DNA of 64,000 nt from a virus (taxonomy: Duplodnaviria; Heunggongvirae; Uroviricota; Caudoviricetes): the IMG/VR virus record IMGVR_UViG_3300007735_000926, positions 5,683 to 69,682 of that record; one strand, given 5' to 3'. Shown here piece by piece: positions 8,414 through 18,360 of the stretch (its first letter is position 1; each line of letters opens with the position of its first letter). A program made the translations under genes and the position numbers. The notes below the pieces were generated by a model, which was not told where the DNA came from, searched no databases, and saw nothing but the letters and a program-made list of their open reading frames with translations.

Positions 8414-10867
8414 TTACACTAATTCATTGAAATTTGCATCACTTCGGGTGGCCGTAAATGTGCAAAGAATGAATTCAGCGATTCTTGTTGGCTTGATCAA
8501 AATATCAACCTTCAATTCGTTATTATCAATAACTTCTGGAGTATTGTTTCGCTCGTCGCAAACGATCAAGTAGTCATAACAACCACCATTTTCCTTCGCA
8601 ATCTTGAAGATTGGATTCAAAGTATTGATCAATCTCGTGCGAGTGAAGTCATTGTTTGGTTCAAACACGAAGAATTGTGCAGTCTTCTTCGTTGGTCGTT
8701 CCAGTGCAAGGAACAATCTACGAACATTGATACGGCTGAATGCGCTTGGCTTACGAGACATTGTTTTTTGACCAAAGACCACAATACCTTGAGATGCTGA
8801 GAACATGACAGGATTGATATTAATCTTGTAAAGCTCATCACGCTGTTTCTGATTAGGATTGATAGCGATATCCAAGGCATTAGTCACTAGACCACGAGTG
8901 AATCCAGCAGGAGCAGACCATGGGAATTCAGCGGCATCACTACGAGACATGATAGCAGCTTGATAACCAGAGAATGGAATCCAGACCTTTTCACCAGTGA
9001 AATCATCATATGCTTGCACCCAGTTTCCATAAGTAGCGGCATATGAAGTATTCTCCAATTCAAATTGGTGTCTCATTGCCCAGTAAACATGTGTTTGGAA
9101 GTTCTTTGTCTTGTCAGAAAGAATCTTGCTATTTCTTCCAGTCACCAGAATATGGCGGATTGGATCAGCGATGAAAATACAGTCTCCACGACCACCAGTA
9201 TTGGATGGGAGATTACAGAAATTTTCAAATTGATTGAAAATTTCGCTGTAACTTCCACGAAGGTCGCTAGCAATCGGATCATCGAAGATATCATTCGATG
9301 TTCTCAGAGAATCAACCTTTGTCTTCAATGTGGAATTGTAGAGAGTGTCATCATAATACGATGTTCCTGCGGCTGATGCCATGGTGAACACTGTTCCGAG
9401 ACCACCTTCAACAACGATGTCGATATCGTAGATTTCATCATTTTTAACGCTTTCCAAAGCACGATTGATTTTGTTTGGAACACTTCCAATCGTTTTTTGG
9501 GTGATCACAGTTGGCGTATATGCACCAAGAGGATAAAGAGCATCAGCTTTGACTCCCAATTTATTGGTAATTTCACCCAATTGTGGGTAGAATGAACCGA
9601 ATTTATTGATAGCCGACAATTCATTCACCGAAGTAGAATTGACTTCATCATAATAATTTTGTGTGAACACTCTGATTTTCTTCTGCGGAATACCTGAAGC
9701 ATCCAACGAAGATTTCGTAAATTTGTTGGAGATATACGGGTTGACCATGATTTCCACATTACGAGAATTGGTGTCTTGGCTTTCCAAGAAGAATGGAACA
9801 GATGCTCCACCTTTAGGATTAAGTTGGGTTCTAAACGAATCGATGGAACCGACGATTCTATCATCGAGCACAAAGTCCAATTTGAAGGATTCTGTGGCAT
9901 AGATGCTCTTACGGATTTTGAAGACCGCAAGATTCAAAAGGTCATCATCTTCTCTCCCATCGATGTTGTAATCGGTGAGATTTTCCATGATTTGAGAGAT
10001 GCTATTGGTTGCTCCATTCGCTGTAGACGACAAATTGAATTGCAGAGTTCCATTCGGAATTTGTGTATAAGTGCTTTGATAAGCAGCAGTCAAGCTAGTT
10101 GTATATGCACGAGTGATAGCATTGTAAGGTGAAGATGGATCAATATTGGTGTTATCACAAACACCGACATAGTAACCTTCAAATTGGCTATTGATAGTGG
10201 TCTGCGCTTTATCAAGCACGATCACACCAGCATTACCCATTCTTTGCAAGAGGGACAATGAACTGAGAGTCGGGCTACCAGTGAATCCATTGGTAAGTTG
10301 TGTTCTCGTCGCAGCAGTTGAACTCCAATCAAAAAGAGTGCCTTCCATTGCCTGAGCAAATTCAGTTTCAGTCAATGTGATTTGAACAGGGCTACCCAAG
10401 ATGTAAGTAGCAGCCGAAAGATCCAAATTAGTTGTAACCGATCCTGACAAATTGGCGATAGTGGACAAAGATGCAGCAGAAAGAGTTGTGCTGCTCAAGT
10501 TATTGATAATAGTGGACGAAACTGTATCAGGTTTAACCGCAACCACTGGATAAACAAGTGCAGTGTGTTGGGAACCGAATCCATCACCAGTTCCATCGCC
10601 ATAAGGAAGACGGAAAGTGTAAATATTTGCAGGAGAATTCAGAAGTTCTCTGACTGTGTAATAGAAATATCTCTCTGCGCTGTTTGTCGGTGTGCCGTAA
10701 ACAGATTCCAATTCGTCTCTAGTGGTGATTTTAATGACTTCATCTGATGGTCCCTGTGGAGTGAAACCAGTCACGAAAACATTTGTGCCCACATTTTGTG
10801 GTGCCACGAGGCTCAAATCTCTTTCGAAAATTTCCACCCCTGCTGAATTTATAGTACGTTGTGCCAT
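8414..10867 (-). CDS. gp18: contractile tail sheath protein (T4 gp18-like) with large insertion domains
   Basis: SAGVEIFERDLS N-terminus; PWSAPAGFTRG, RDELYKININP, FGQKT, RINVRRLF, FEPN, CDERNN; start reset to 10867. Confidence 0.95.
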   Translation of the reverse strand: MAQRTINSAGVEIFERDLSLVAPQNVGTNVFVTGFTPQGPSDEVIKITTRDELESVYGTPTNSAERYFYYTVRELLNSPANIYTFRLPYGDGTGDGFGSQHTALVYPVVAVKPDTVSSTIINNLSSTTLSAASLSTIANLSGSVTTNLDLSAATYILGSPVQITLTETEFAQAMEGTLFDWSSTAATRTQLTNGFTGSPTLSSLSLLQRMGNAGVIVLDKAQTTINSQFEGYYVGVCDNTNIDPSSPYNAITRAYTTSLTAAYQSTYTQIPNGTLQFNLSSTANGATNSISQIMENLTDYNIDGREDDDLLNLAVFKIRKSIYATESFKLDFVLDDRIVGSIDSFRTQLNPKGGASVPFFLESQDTNSRNVEIMVNPYISNKFTKSSLDASGIPQKKIRVFTQNYYDEVNSTSVNELSAINKFGSFYPQLGEITNKLGVKADALYPLGAYTPTVITQKTIGSVPNKINRALESVKNDEIYDIDIVVEGGLGTVFTMASAAGTSYYDDTLYNSTLKTKVDSLRTSNDIFDDPIASDLRGSYSEIFNQFENFCNLPSNTGGRGDCIFIADPIRHILVTGRNSKILSDKTKNFQTHVYWAMRHQFELENTSYAATYGNWVQAYDDFTGEKVWIPFSGYQAAIMSRSDAAEFPWSAPAGFTRGLVTNALDIAINPNQKQRDELYKININPVMFSASQGIVVFGQKTMSRKPSAFSRINVRRLFLALERPTKKTAQFFVFEPNNDFTRTRLINTLNPIFKIAKENGGCYDYLIVCDERNNTPEVIDNNELKVDILIKPTRIAEFILCTFTATRSDANFNELV

Positions 10868-10904
10868 GTTATTATTTAGCAAATACCCGGCAAAAATTTC
10901 CTAT

Positions 10905-11510
10905 TTAAGAAAGAGTCTGATTATATCTATCACATCCCAGTAAACTAATATGCATTTGAGAGAATACGAATGTGAATCCCGACTCGATTTCCATTTCACC
11001 CGTTTCGTTCTGGGAGAAAGCCAATTCGTCAATTGATGTTACGAAAGCTTTCGTATATTTAAATTGAATTACTTTATTATCATATTCATCCAAACCATAC
11101 ATCGTGATATCTGTCTGATAATCTGAAAAATTACCATCCACTATAATATTCTTTGAATTGAATTGGCCTGTTTTCTGGTCATGTTGTAAATTCAACCATT
11201 GATAAATTGCCCAATAGTTGTTATAACCAGAATCCACCTTAAATTTGACATTGACAGGTGGATACGGGTCTTTAGAATGACTTGAAACGTAAAGTGTGTC
11301 ACCAGCGTATCGGGTGGGGATCGCTTTGATGGTCAAACCCGGAACCATTGTGCCATAGATACTAAATTGAACACTATCGGGAATGATAGTATTGTCATTT
11401 CTAGTATAATTTGACTGAATTTTTTTAAGAATCGGTGGTAAATCAAAAACCAGAAGGAATTTATCCTTTCTGCTTCGATTTAACCACGATTGTTGGACTG
11501 GAGTGGACAT
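10905..11510 (-). CDS. tail completion / tube terminator (T4 gp3-like)
   Basis: VPGLTI...VKFKVDSGYNNYWAIYQWL...FKYTKAFVTSI pattern. Confidence 0.6.
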   Translation of the reverse strand: MSTPVQQSWLNRSRKDKFLLVFDLPPILKKIQSNYTRNDNTIIPDSVQFSIYGTMVPGLTIKAIPTRYAGDTLYVSSHSKDPYPPVNVKFKVDSGYNNYWAIYQWLNLQHDQKTGQFNSKNIIVDGNFSDYQTDITMYGLDEYDNKVIQFKYTKAFVTSIDELAFSQNETGEMEIESGFTFVFSQMHISLLGCDRYNQTLS

Positions 11511-11535
11511 TGATATTATTTAACCGGAAAACCGA

Positions 11536-11919
11536 TCAAATAACATCGAATTCTCTCGGGATGATCACATTATCTGTTCTCTTTTTGAACATTGGGCCGA
11601 TATTCTTCGGATCGTGCCCTGCCAATCCACAACCAACCTGAGTAACCAGAAATATCTTGTCTGGATTCTTTTCTGCAAATTTCAGAAAAATTTCTACATG
11701 CGTTTGGATCTCATGTAATGCCATGTCGGACAGATTATATCCCTTCGTGGGGAGAGCATAACTTTTACCAGCAAGTCCTTCCCCCAAACCGTATTTAGCC
11801 CCGAATTTATTGTAGGCTGTGCGGGCTGCTCCTGCTCCGTGGATTCCTGATTTATTCGAACCGAACACAAAGATTTCGTTTTCAGCCAATTTCGTGATGT
11901 TGTCGGGTGTATATTTCAT
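11536..11919 (-). CDS. macrodomain-like protein (A1S_2505-type family; DarG/TARG1-like motifs)
   Basis: EIFVFGSN..GIHGAGAA, YALPTK, VTQVGCGLAG; start reset to MKYTPD. Confidence 0.75.
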   Translation of the reverse strand: MKYTPDNITKLAENEIFVFGSNKSGIHGAGAARTAYNKFGAKYGLGEGLAGKSYALPTKGYNLSDMALHEIQTHVEIFLKFAEKNPDKIFLVTQVGCGLAGHDPKNIGPMFKKRTDNVIIPREFDVI

Positions 11920-11953
11920 AAAATGAGCTTGCACCACCATTCCTGAAAGTCAA
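11920..11953 (-). promoter_or_regulatory. possible sigma70-like promoter, leaderless
   Basis: TTGACT-N16-CAAGCT-N6-ATG; the -10 is weak. Confidence 0.35.
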
Positions 11954-13722
11954 CCGAAATATTTGTTCATGGCATCCCATTGTTCATAAGAAATGTTCCT
12001 ATCGGGATTGGAGTAAATCGTATTATCAGGAATAAACCATCCCTGAGCTTCTAATTCTGCCATATCACTCGCAGCCATTGAACCTTCTCCACCAAAAAGC
12101 ATAGGTGCTAGATTGGAATGCTCAATTTTAGCAACTTCTTCATTGGAATAAATAGAAGTTGCTGATTTGTATTTGAATAACCCCATATCAATCGGTTTGA
12201 TTTTTAGAGGTCTGTCGCAATCATCCAATTCATCGATCTCAAAATACAATTCAGCGATGTCATTATACAATGCCATGAGCATCCAGACTGTTGCCATGAC
12301 TCTATCATCATGTTCCCCAGCTTTCGCTTTCCAAGAACCGTTAGAATAACGAACAAATGTTTTAAATTCCTTCAAAGAATCTATGGAACGGAAAGATACT
12401 GCTCGTGTTTCATTGACGAAATATCGCATATTGAGCACTGCTTTGTATTTGGTGTTGATATGAGAAATCATACCATTCTGTTTGTTCTTGTGTGCTTCTT
12501 TGGCACCCCACGAAACCAGATTCTGATACATGAACTCATTGGCCAATCGGTCACAAACACCCGTTCCTTGGTTGTTTCTCTCTATGAGCAACAAAGGATT
12601 ACCCCAATGACCGCAAATTTCAGCAACTACGTTGGTAAATTCCGATGGACCGATTTTATTATTAACATATTCTGCAACTTGCACGATTTCTTTTGGATTG
12701 GTTATATCAAAGATTTCCAACACAGAAGAATCTAATCCAACACCTTCAGAAACATCTCCACCAATAGCATATATCTTTTCTTCGTCATAATCTTCCCAAA
12801 TTTTGTAATGTCCGTCTTTGAGAACATGCTTTGGTTCTTGACATTCCGACTTTAATTTATCGAATAATTCTTCATCAATAGATTGTTGACTATTATCCAA
12901 GAACTCGTTACCATATTCTTGGTTGAAAGCTTCATATGAACCTAAATCTTTGATTTGTTCTTGTTTCCATTCCTCATCACGACCCGGAACTTCCCACCAA
13001 TCGATTCTTTCGTAATGGAATCTATTTTCTTTTTTGGTTGCACCGATATATAGACGATGGAACAGGTTCCCAACACCATTAGGTGTCGATGTGATCAGAA
13101 TTCTCGATGTTTTAGCACGAGAAATCGTGGGATATACCGATCTCCAAAAGTCTTCAACAATACTTTCAGGCTCGATGAAAGCAAGCTCATCAAGAAGAAG
13201 GAGGTTGATGGTCTTACCACGAGCAGCATTACCTGTTGTAGTCGAAATTTCAATACTGCTACCATTCGCCAGTTCCAATCCAGTATCCCCCCATTTTTTA
13301 ATACCCGGTTTCAGCCAATTAGGTAATTCGAGATAAGCCAATCGGACTCTTTTGAAGATGTTTTTCGCCGTTTCCTCTTTGTTGGCAACAATAACAATGT
13401 TTTTATGGTCTTTGAAACAAGCTTCATGCAAAGCTAATGCAGTGGCGATTGTAGTTTTGCCCGATTGACGGCTTGATAAAACAATATTGAATCGATGTTC
13501 ATCAAAAGCTTCCAATAATCTTTCTTGATAATCAAATAATGGGATAACTTTTTTACCTTCGTCGGGATCGATGATGTAAAAGTAATTTGATGCGAAATAT
13601 AAAAGAGATTCTTTACACTTTTCAATCTCCATCACCATTTCTGGTGTGTATTCGAAAACTGCATCAGCAGTTGGGAGATTGGGATTACCCATATACTCCT
13701 GTTTTCTCTTTTTAGCTGCCAT
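11950..13722 (-). CDS. gp17: terminase large subunit (T4 gp17-like)
   Basis: YMGNPNL, SRQSGKTT, LLLDELAF, TSTPNG, FNQEY, DVSEGVGLDSS, HDDRVMA. Confidence 0.96.
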   Translation of the reverse strand: MAAKKRKQEYMGNPNLPTADAVFEYTPEMVMEIEKCKESLLYFASNYFYIIDPDEGKKVIPLFDYQERLLEAFDEHRFNIVLSSRQSGKTTIATALALHEACFKDHKNIVIVANKEETAKNIFKRVRLAYLELPNWLKPGIKKWGDTGLELANGSSIEISTTTGNAARGKTINLLLLDELAFIEPESIVEDFWRSVYPTISRAKTSRILITSTPNGVGNLFHRLYIGATKKENRFHYERIDWWEVPGRDEEWKQEQIKDLGSYEAFNQEYGNEFLDNSQQSIDEELFDKLKSECQEPKHVLKDGHYKIWEDYDEEKIYAIGGDVSEGVGLDSSVLEIFDITNPKEIVQVAEYVNNKIGPSEFTNVVAEICGHWGNPLLLIERNNQGTGVCDRLANEFMYQNLVSWGAKEAHKNKQNGMISHINTKYKAVLNMRYFVNETRAVSFRSIDSLKEFKTFVRYSNGSWKAKAGEHDDRVMATVWMLMALYNDIAELYFEIDELDDCDRPLKIKPIDMGLFKYKSATSIYSNEEVAKIEHSNLAPMLFGGEGSMAASDMAELEAQGWFIPDNTIYSNPDRNISYEQWDAMNKYFG

Positions 13723-13731
13723 AATTAAAAA

Positions 13732-13980
13732 TTATCCCCACTTATAACCTTCGGTATCTTTATTTATAAGTTCTCGGATACCAATATTCACTTCTTTATA
13801 TGCAGCATTTAGTCCGCTCATACCATTTGGCATGCCAGCTGGAACATTTGGAGTTCCTTCATTCATCAATGCCATGATTTTTTCACGCATATTTATCAAA
13901 TCTTCCAATGCGGCTGAATTTTCAGGAACTCTTGTGTAAGACTCTCGCATCAAATCGCCAATATCTTTTATATAATCCAT
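13732..13980 (-). CDS. small hypothetical late protein
   Basis: 82 aa; TAAATA-N5-ATG. Confidence 0.65.
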   Translation of the reverse strand: MDYIKDIGDLMRESYTRVPENSAALEDLINMREKIMALMNEGTPNVPAGMPNGMSGLNAAYKEVNIGIRELINKDTEGYKWG

Positions 13981-13997
13981 ATTTTTATTTAATGTTA

Positions 13998-14789
13998 TTA
14001 AAAGTAATTACCATAAACACTGCCATTACTACCTCCTGTAGAGGGTGGGAATATCTCATTTTTCACGATATCATCAGAATTTTCCGTATAAATTTTGTTG
14101 TTACTCAATACGCTAGTCAATTGAGGGAACAATACCGATGATAGTTTGCCAAAGTAAGAATTATCAGCGTTTTGTTGATTATATGCTTCTCTCGGTTCAT
14201 TGGTAGTGAAGTTGTGTTCCGAACGAACAGCTTTTAATCTCCAAACATAGTGACCCATTACAGGATTAAGTTCTGATTGATCTTCATCCAGTGCCTCTGT
14301 TACTTCAAATATCTTAGCACTTCTACCATTGGGTCTATCACAACCAAATGGGTAGACGATGATCTTATCTTGTGATTTGGGTTCCACTGGATGATTTTGA
14401 AAATAGCTCAAAGAGCCAAATTTTGTTTCAAACTCATCGATATGTAGATACAATGTCAAAGTGTCAGGAGAATCCATACCAGCCAATGCATAAATCGGTG
14501 ACCCATTTTCCATTTGGATATATGCCTTGATTTCCATTGCATCCAACCAATACATTGTGGTATGTTCACCATAAACAGAGTTCATTTGGTCTGGTTCAAA
14601 AGTATTGACCATATAACCAATTGTCACACCGTAATTATTGATAAGTTCTCCAAATTGAGAATTAAAAATTGCTCTTTCTGCTTGGAAATTGGATGGATCG
14701 GCAAATCCTCCACAACTAGGACGATACACACCAGCAAAAATGTTTTCAGGTGTTAAGCATGATAAAGGTATTGTAGGACAACCAGCCAT
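13998..14789 (-). CDS. neck / head-closure protein (T4 gp14-like)
   Basis: ELINNYGVTIGY, VYGE, EIKAYI, EPKSQDKI, KIFEVT, YVWRLKA pattern; upstream of terminase. Confidence 0.6.
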   Translation of the reverse strand: MAGCPTIPLSCLTPENIFAGVYRPSCGGFADPSNFQAERAIFNSQFGELINNYGVTIGYMVNTFEPDQMNSVYGEHTTMYWLDAMEIKAYIQMENGSPIYALAGMDSPDTLTLYLHIDEFETKFGSLSYFQNHPVEPKSQDKIIVYPFGCDRPNGRSAKIFEVTEALDEDQSELNPVMGHYVWRLKAVRSEHNFTTNEPREAYNQQNADNSYFGKLSSVLFPQLTSVLSNNKIYTENSDDIVKNEIFPPSTGGSNGSVYGNYF

Positions 14790-15145
14790 TATTCTTTAAT
14801 TTCTACGATTTTTCCACATTGTTGACCATGGAGATTGGTGAACATTTTTATGACATGGTTGGAATTCTTTCTTTTGATTTCCTTCCCATCTTCAAATTCA
14901 ACACCACCTAAAGATCCCAATTCTCTCATCAATTCATTACCAATTAAAATCTGACCATGCTTTCTGATCTTTTGATATGGTCCTTTGGTTGTGATATTTT
15001 TTCTAGTATAAGGGTCACGACCGATATTATCACCTTTTCCGTTACCAGCATGAATAGATTGTTTAATTTCCCCAAAACTATTTTTGTGGCGATATTCCAA
15101 AATAACACCATTATACTTTTCAAAAAATTCCAGAAAAGATTCCAT
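14789..15145 (-). CDS. hypothetical late protein
   Basis: MESFLEFF...ILEY N-terminus; TAAATA-N5-ATG. Confidence 0.7.
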   Translation of the reverse strand: MESFLEFFEKYNGVILEYRHKNSFGEIKQSIHAGNGKGDNIGRDPYTRKNITTKGPYQKIRKHGQILIGNELMRELGSLGGVEFEDGKEIKRKNSNHVIKMFTNLHGQQCGKIVEIKE

Positions 15146-15158
15146 ATCACTATTTAAT

Positions 15159-15190
15159 AAAAAAAGCAGGAATCACCATGATTCCTGCTT
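15159..15190 (-). terminator. intrinsic terminator
   Basis: AAGCAGGAATCA-cca-TGATTCCTGCTT perfect stem plus U-tract on the minus strand. Confidence 0.85.
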
Positions 15191-15218
15191 CTTAATTTAT
15201 TATTTCTGTCAGAAATTA

Positions 15219-16256
15219 TTAACGGAAGTAATCTTCCGATGCTCTCAGATCAGACACTTGATTTTTGGTGCCCATATTTGGTTGCTTCGCACCGTGAAGA
15301 GCGTGTCCATAATCGCCATCGTTACCGTATTTGTCAGTAGTTCCGACAACTTTAGTGCCTTGGTTCTTAGGTTGTGGACGACCACTGACTTTGTTGTTTT
15401 TACCTTGAAACTTGTTAGGACCATCTTTGGAATTTTTAGGACCAACGGTTCCGTCGTTACCAACTTTATCGGTAGGAGCAAAGCTTTGTTCGTCTTCGTC
15501 GTATCCACCTTCTTCTTCTTCGTCGCCGTAACCATCATCTTCTTCATCCATCTCATCTACATCGAGACCAAGATCATCGCCACCGTATTCGTCTTCACCT
15601 TCACTCTCGTCATGTTCAACACCTAATGCTGCACCAATAACATCGAGGAGCTTTTCAGCAGTAGCACGGTCAAGTGTGAATGTGACTTCATCACCTTCAC
15701 CACCTTCAAATTCATCACCTTCCATCTCATCATCGGTAGGTGCATCACCAAGACCCAAAGCATCGACTTGTTCAGCGTCTTCGAATTCGCTACCCATCAC
15801 AGATTCAAACAATTTATCAAATGTAGATTTTTTCATCATGAAAGTATTTAGTCTATTTCTTGCAATTTTTTTAGATTCGTGATAGATATTTTCTTCAGCT
15901 TCTTCTCTTTGTATATTCTTCTCCATTTCTTTAAGAGTTCTTTGGAGAGATTTTTTTTCTTTATCAGAAATATTAGGATTTTTCAATTTTTCCTTGATTT
16001 GTGAAATCTTATCATAACGATCTTCGTTATCTTCTTCACAACCACAATAATCATCGTTCAATGCTTTATGGAACCCATCAGCAGATGTTGGTCCACCTTT
16101 TTGAATATCCATTTTATCGTTAAACGCATTTTTCGACATTTTTGGAATCTTCTTAGATTTATTGATGTTTTCTTGTGCATTTTCATTGACGACGGTTTTG
16201 ATGTTATTGAACATCTCACCGTAAACATCGCCTAATGTTAGTTCCTTCTTTTTCAT
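15219..16256 (-). CDS. highly acidic, probably disordered protein (candidate prohead core / internal protein)
   Basis: D/E-rich tracts, duplicated TDKxGNDG, FDKLFESV motif, strong terminator downstream. Confidence 0.6.
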   Translation of the reverse strand: MKKKELTLGDVYGEMFNNIKTVVNENAQENINKSKKIPKMSKNAFNDKMDIQKGGPTSADGFHKALNDDYCGCEEDNEDRYDKISQIKEKLKNPNISDKEKKSLQRTLKEMEKNIQREEAEENIYHESKKIARNRLNTFMMKKSTFDKLFESVMGSEFEDAEQVDALGLGDAPTDDEMEGDEFEGGEGDEVTFTLDRATAEKLLDVIGAALGVEHDESEGEDEYGGDDLGLDVDEMDEEDDGYGDEEEEGGYDEDEQSFAPTDKVGNDGTVGPKNSKDGPNKFQGKNNKVSGRPQPKNQGTKVVGTTDKYGNDGDYGHALHGAKQPNMGTKNQVSDLRASEDYFR

Positions 16257-16258
16257 AA

Positions 16259-16624
16259 TTATGGTTGATATGGTTGATCGCTCACAGTAACAGTCCCAGC
16301 ATTAAGATTCATAGTGAACGAGTTAGTTGGATATTTCAATTCAACTGTTGAGTTATCAAATTGTGCCACGTCATTAATGAATTGTGTCAACTTGGAGTGA
16401 AATTGAAAAACTTTGAATACATCTGGACCCAACTCATCGATGATCTCTTGAGGAGTCAAGTGGTCGTGGTTCCAAAGAATATCGATACCATCTCTTTGAG
16501 TTCTGACCAAATTATTGAATGTATTTCTGGACAATTCTTTAATTCGATTGACTGTATTCTTCAATCTAATTTGCTTTGGTATTTCAACCACTTCTGGCAA
16601 TGTGTTATTTCCTAGTAATGACAT
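16259..16624 (-). CDS. hypothetical late protein
   Basis: 121 aa; TAAATA-N5-ATG. Confidence 0.7.
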   Translation of the reverse strand: MSLLGNNTLPEVVEIPKQIRLKNTVNRIKELSRNTFNNLVRTQRDGIDILWNHDHLTPQEIIDELGPDVFKVFQFHSKLTQFINDVAQFDNSTVELKYPTNSFTMNLNAGTVTVSDQPYQP

Positions 16625-16628
16625 AATA

Positions 16629-17429
16629 TTATTTAGTCGGATCTTTCCAAAATTCGTAATTTTCCAATGTGTCGCAAATATCTTTTCCTAAAATTTGAAT
16701 TGCTTTAGATTTAGAAGGAACAATAGAGCTTTTTATTTTATGTAAATCGACATAATTATAGACGGTATCGTCTTCTGGTGTTTTGTTAACTATGTTGTTG
16801 AAATCATGTTCAATTTTGGGGATGCCTAAAAATTCCCAGATTTTATCCATGGTGAATTTCGGATTTTCAGTGAGAAAATCGTAATCAACCAATAAAAATC
16901 TGTCGCTGTATCCTCTCAAAAATGCGTCTTTTAAAATAGCATATGCTGCTCCAACTTCTCCTTGCAAACTACCCCAATGTTGCACTCTTCCTTCGGTTGT
17001 TAAGCATTGAGGCATTGGTCCTTGGGGTGGAAATTTATAAGAACCTTTTCTATATAGAGATTCAAAAGATGCAAACACATCTTTCATGTTTCTAACTGGT
17101 GCGATTATTTTAACTTTTTTACCAGTTATTGTTTCAATCATCTCTATATTATATGCCCATGCTCTCGATTTATCAAAAATAAATTGTTTATCAGTATTAT
17201 GGTAATTGTAAAATACTGTATTCAAGATTCTTTTCAAATTCTCATCATCAGAAGCATTTTTATCTGCTTGGTGTTCTATAATAGAAGACCAAGAAATTTT
17301 AATATTATTTAAAAGATTCGCTAAACCTGAAGTTGGTGTGCAGAACACATTTTCATTTTGCGCTATGAGATTCATAAGCAAAGTGCTTCCAGATCTTGGT
17401 AAGCCACCAACAAAAAATATTTCTTTCAT
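16629..17429 (-). CDS. PAPS-dependent sulfotransferase family protein
   Basis: 5'-PSB motif GLPRSGSTLL, DKSR, 3'-PB-like VRNMKDVFAS, YDFLTENP. Confidence 0.9.
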   Translation of the reverse strand: MKEIFFVGGLPRSGSTLLMNLIAQNENVFCTPTSGLANLLNNIKISWSSIIEHQADKNASDDENLKRILNTVFYNYHNTDKQFIFDKSRAWAYNIEMIETITGKKVKIIAPVRNMKDVFASFESLYRKGSYKFPPQGPMPQCLTTEGRVQHWGSLQGEVGAAYAILKDAFLRGYSDRFLLVDYDFLTENPKFTMDKIWEFLGIPKIEHDFNNIVNKTPEDDTVYNYVDLHKIKSSIVPSKSKAIQILGKDICDTLENYEFWKDPTK

Positions 17430-17470
17430 TTTAAAGATTTAATATAAATTGTAAAAGATGCAAGATTATA

Positions 17471-18358
17471 TTAAAAATTACTCTTTATTATCTTTTGAAC
17501 GGATTCTATGCTATGAATATCTTCATAATTTGTATATGGACATTCAGATATAACACCACTAATTTCATAATCAAACAAGTAAGAGTTCATAGTTCCGTGA
17601 GGAAATTCCTTTTCCGGCAGTATATTATTATGAAAATTATAACCAAATTGAATCGGGGATGTGATGCCCCAGAATACCATAGATTTCAAACCCATGACAT
17701 AAGCTGCATGTTGTAATGAAGAATCAATCAAAATTCTTCTTTCAGCCAAAGACAGCAGAGCAAACATTATGTGAGAATCCAGCCGCTCTTCAACACGAAC
17801 AACATCTCTCAACTTTACATGATGAGAGTTACATATGTGAATTATAGTATACTTGGTTTTCAACTCATTAACTATCATTTGAGCTATCGTCGGATGAATA
17901 TCTCTAGCCCAACAATAACTCAATTCTTGATTCACAGGTCCACCAAACGGTTGAAAAATTAGAAACGGTTTACCGTTATTATGTGGTTCCAACAATTTTG
18001 CAGCCATCTCGATTTCTCTATAACCAAAATGTAAAGATGGTTCAGAATTCTTTTCTATACCAATCATATTACACCAAGTGTCAATTAAATGGCATTTTTT
18101 GAGTATGTGAGATGTTTGTTTATACGGCTCGTGAGCAAAAACCTCAACATCTTTACCATGAATATAATTTTTGTAGAAATATTGTTGTCTACTAATATCC
18201 AAACTCTCCGTCACATTTGGATTCCTGAAGAAAATATCAGGATATGCTGAAGATACTATAATATTATTTTCAGGATACGTTTTTTTGTAGGAATTAATGA
18301 CAGATGTTGATAAGATATGCTTACCCAATCCCCCAGTTATGTGAAATATTGTATTCAT
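17471..18358 (-). CDS. glycosyltransferase, GT9 (heptosyltransferase)-like
   Basis: GGLGKHIL, IFQPFGG, LIDSSLQHAA...VFWG.T...FGY. Confidence 0.75.
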   Translation of the reverse strand: MNTIFHITGGLGKHILSTSVINSYKKTYPENNIIVSSAYPDIFFRNPNVTESLDISRQQYFYKNYIHGKDVEVFAHEPYKQTSHILKKCHLIDTWCNMIGIEKNSEPSLHFGYREIEMAAKLLEPHNNGKPFLIFQPFGGPVNQELSYCWARDIHPTIAQMIVNELKTKYTIIHICNSHHVKLRDVVRVEERLDSHIMFALLSLAERRILIDSSLQHAAYVMGLKSMVFWGITSPIQFGYNFHNNILPEKEFPHGTMNSYLFDYEISGVISECPYTNYEDIHSIESVQKIIKSNF

Positions 18359-18360
18359 AA

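Noticed and set aside
13732-13980. Small terminase subunit by position upstream of terL
   Set aside because: Only 82 aa with no recognisable gp16 features; the N-terminus looks more like the internal-protein motif.
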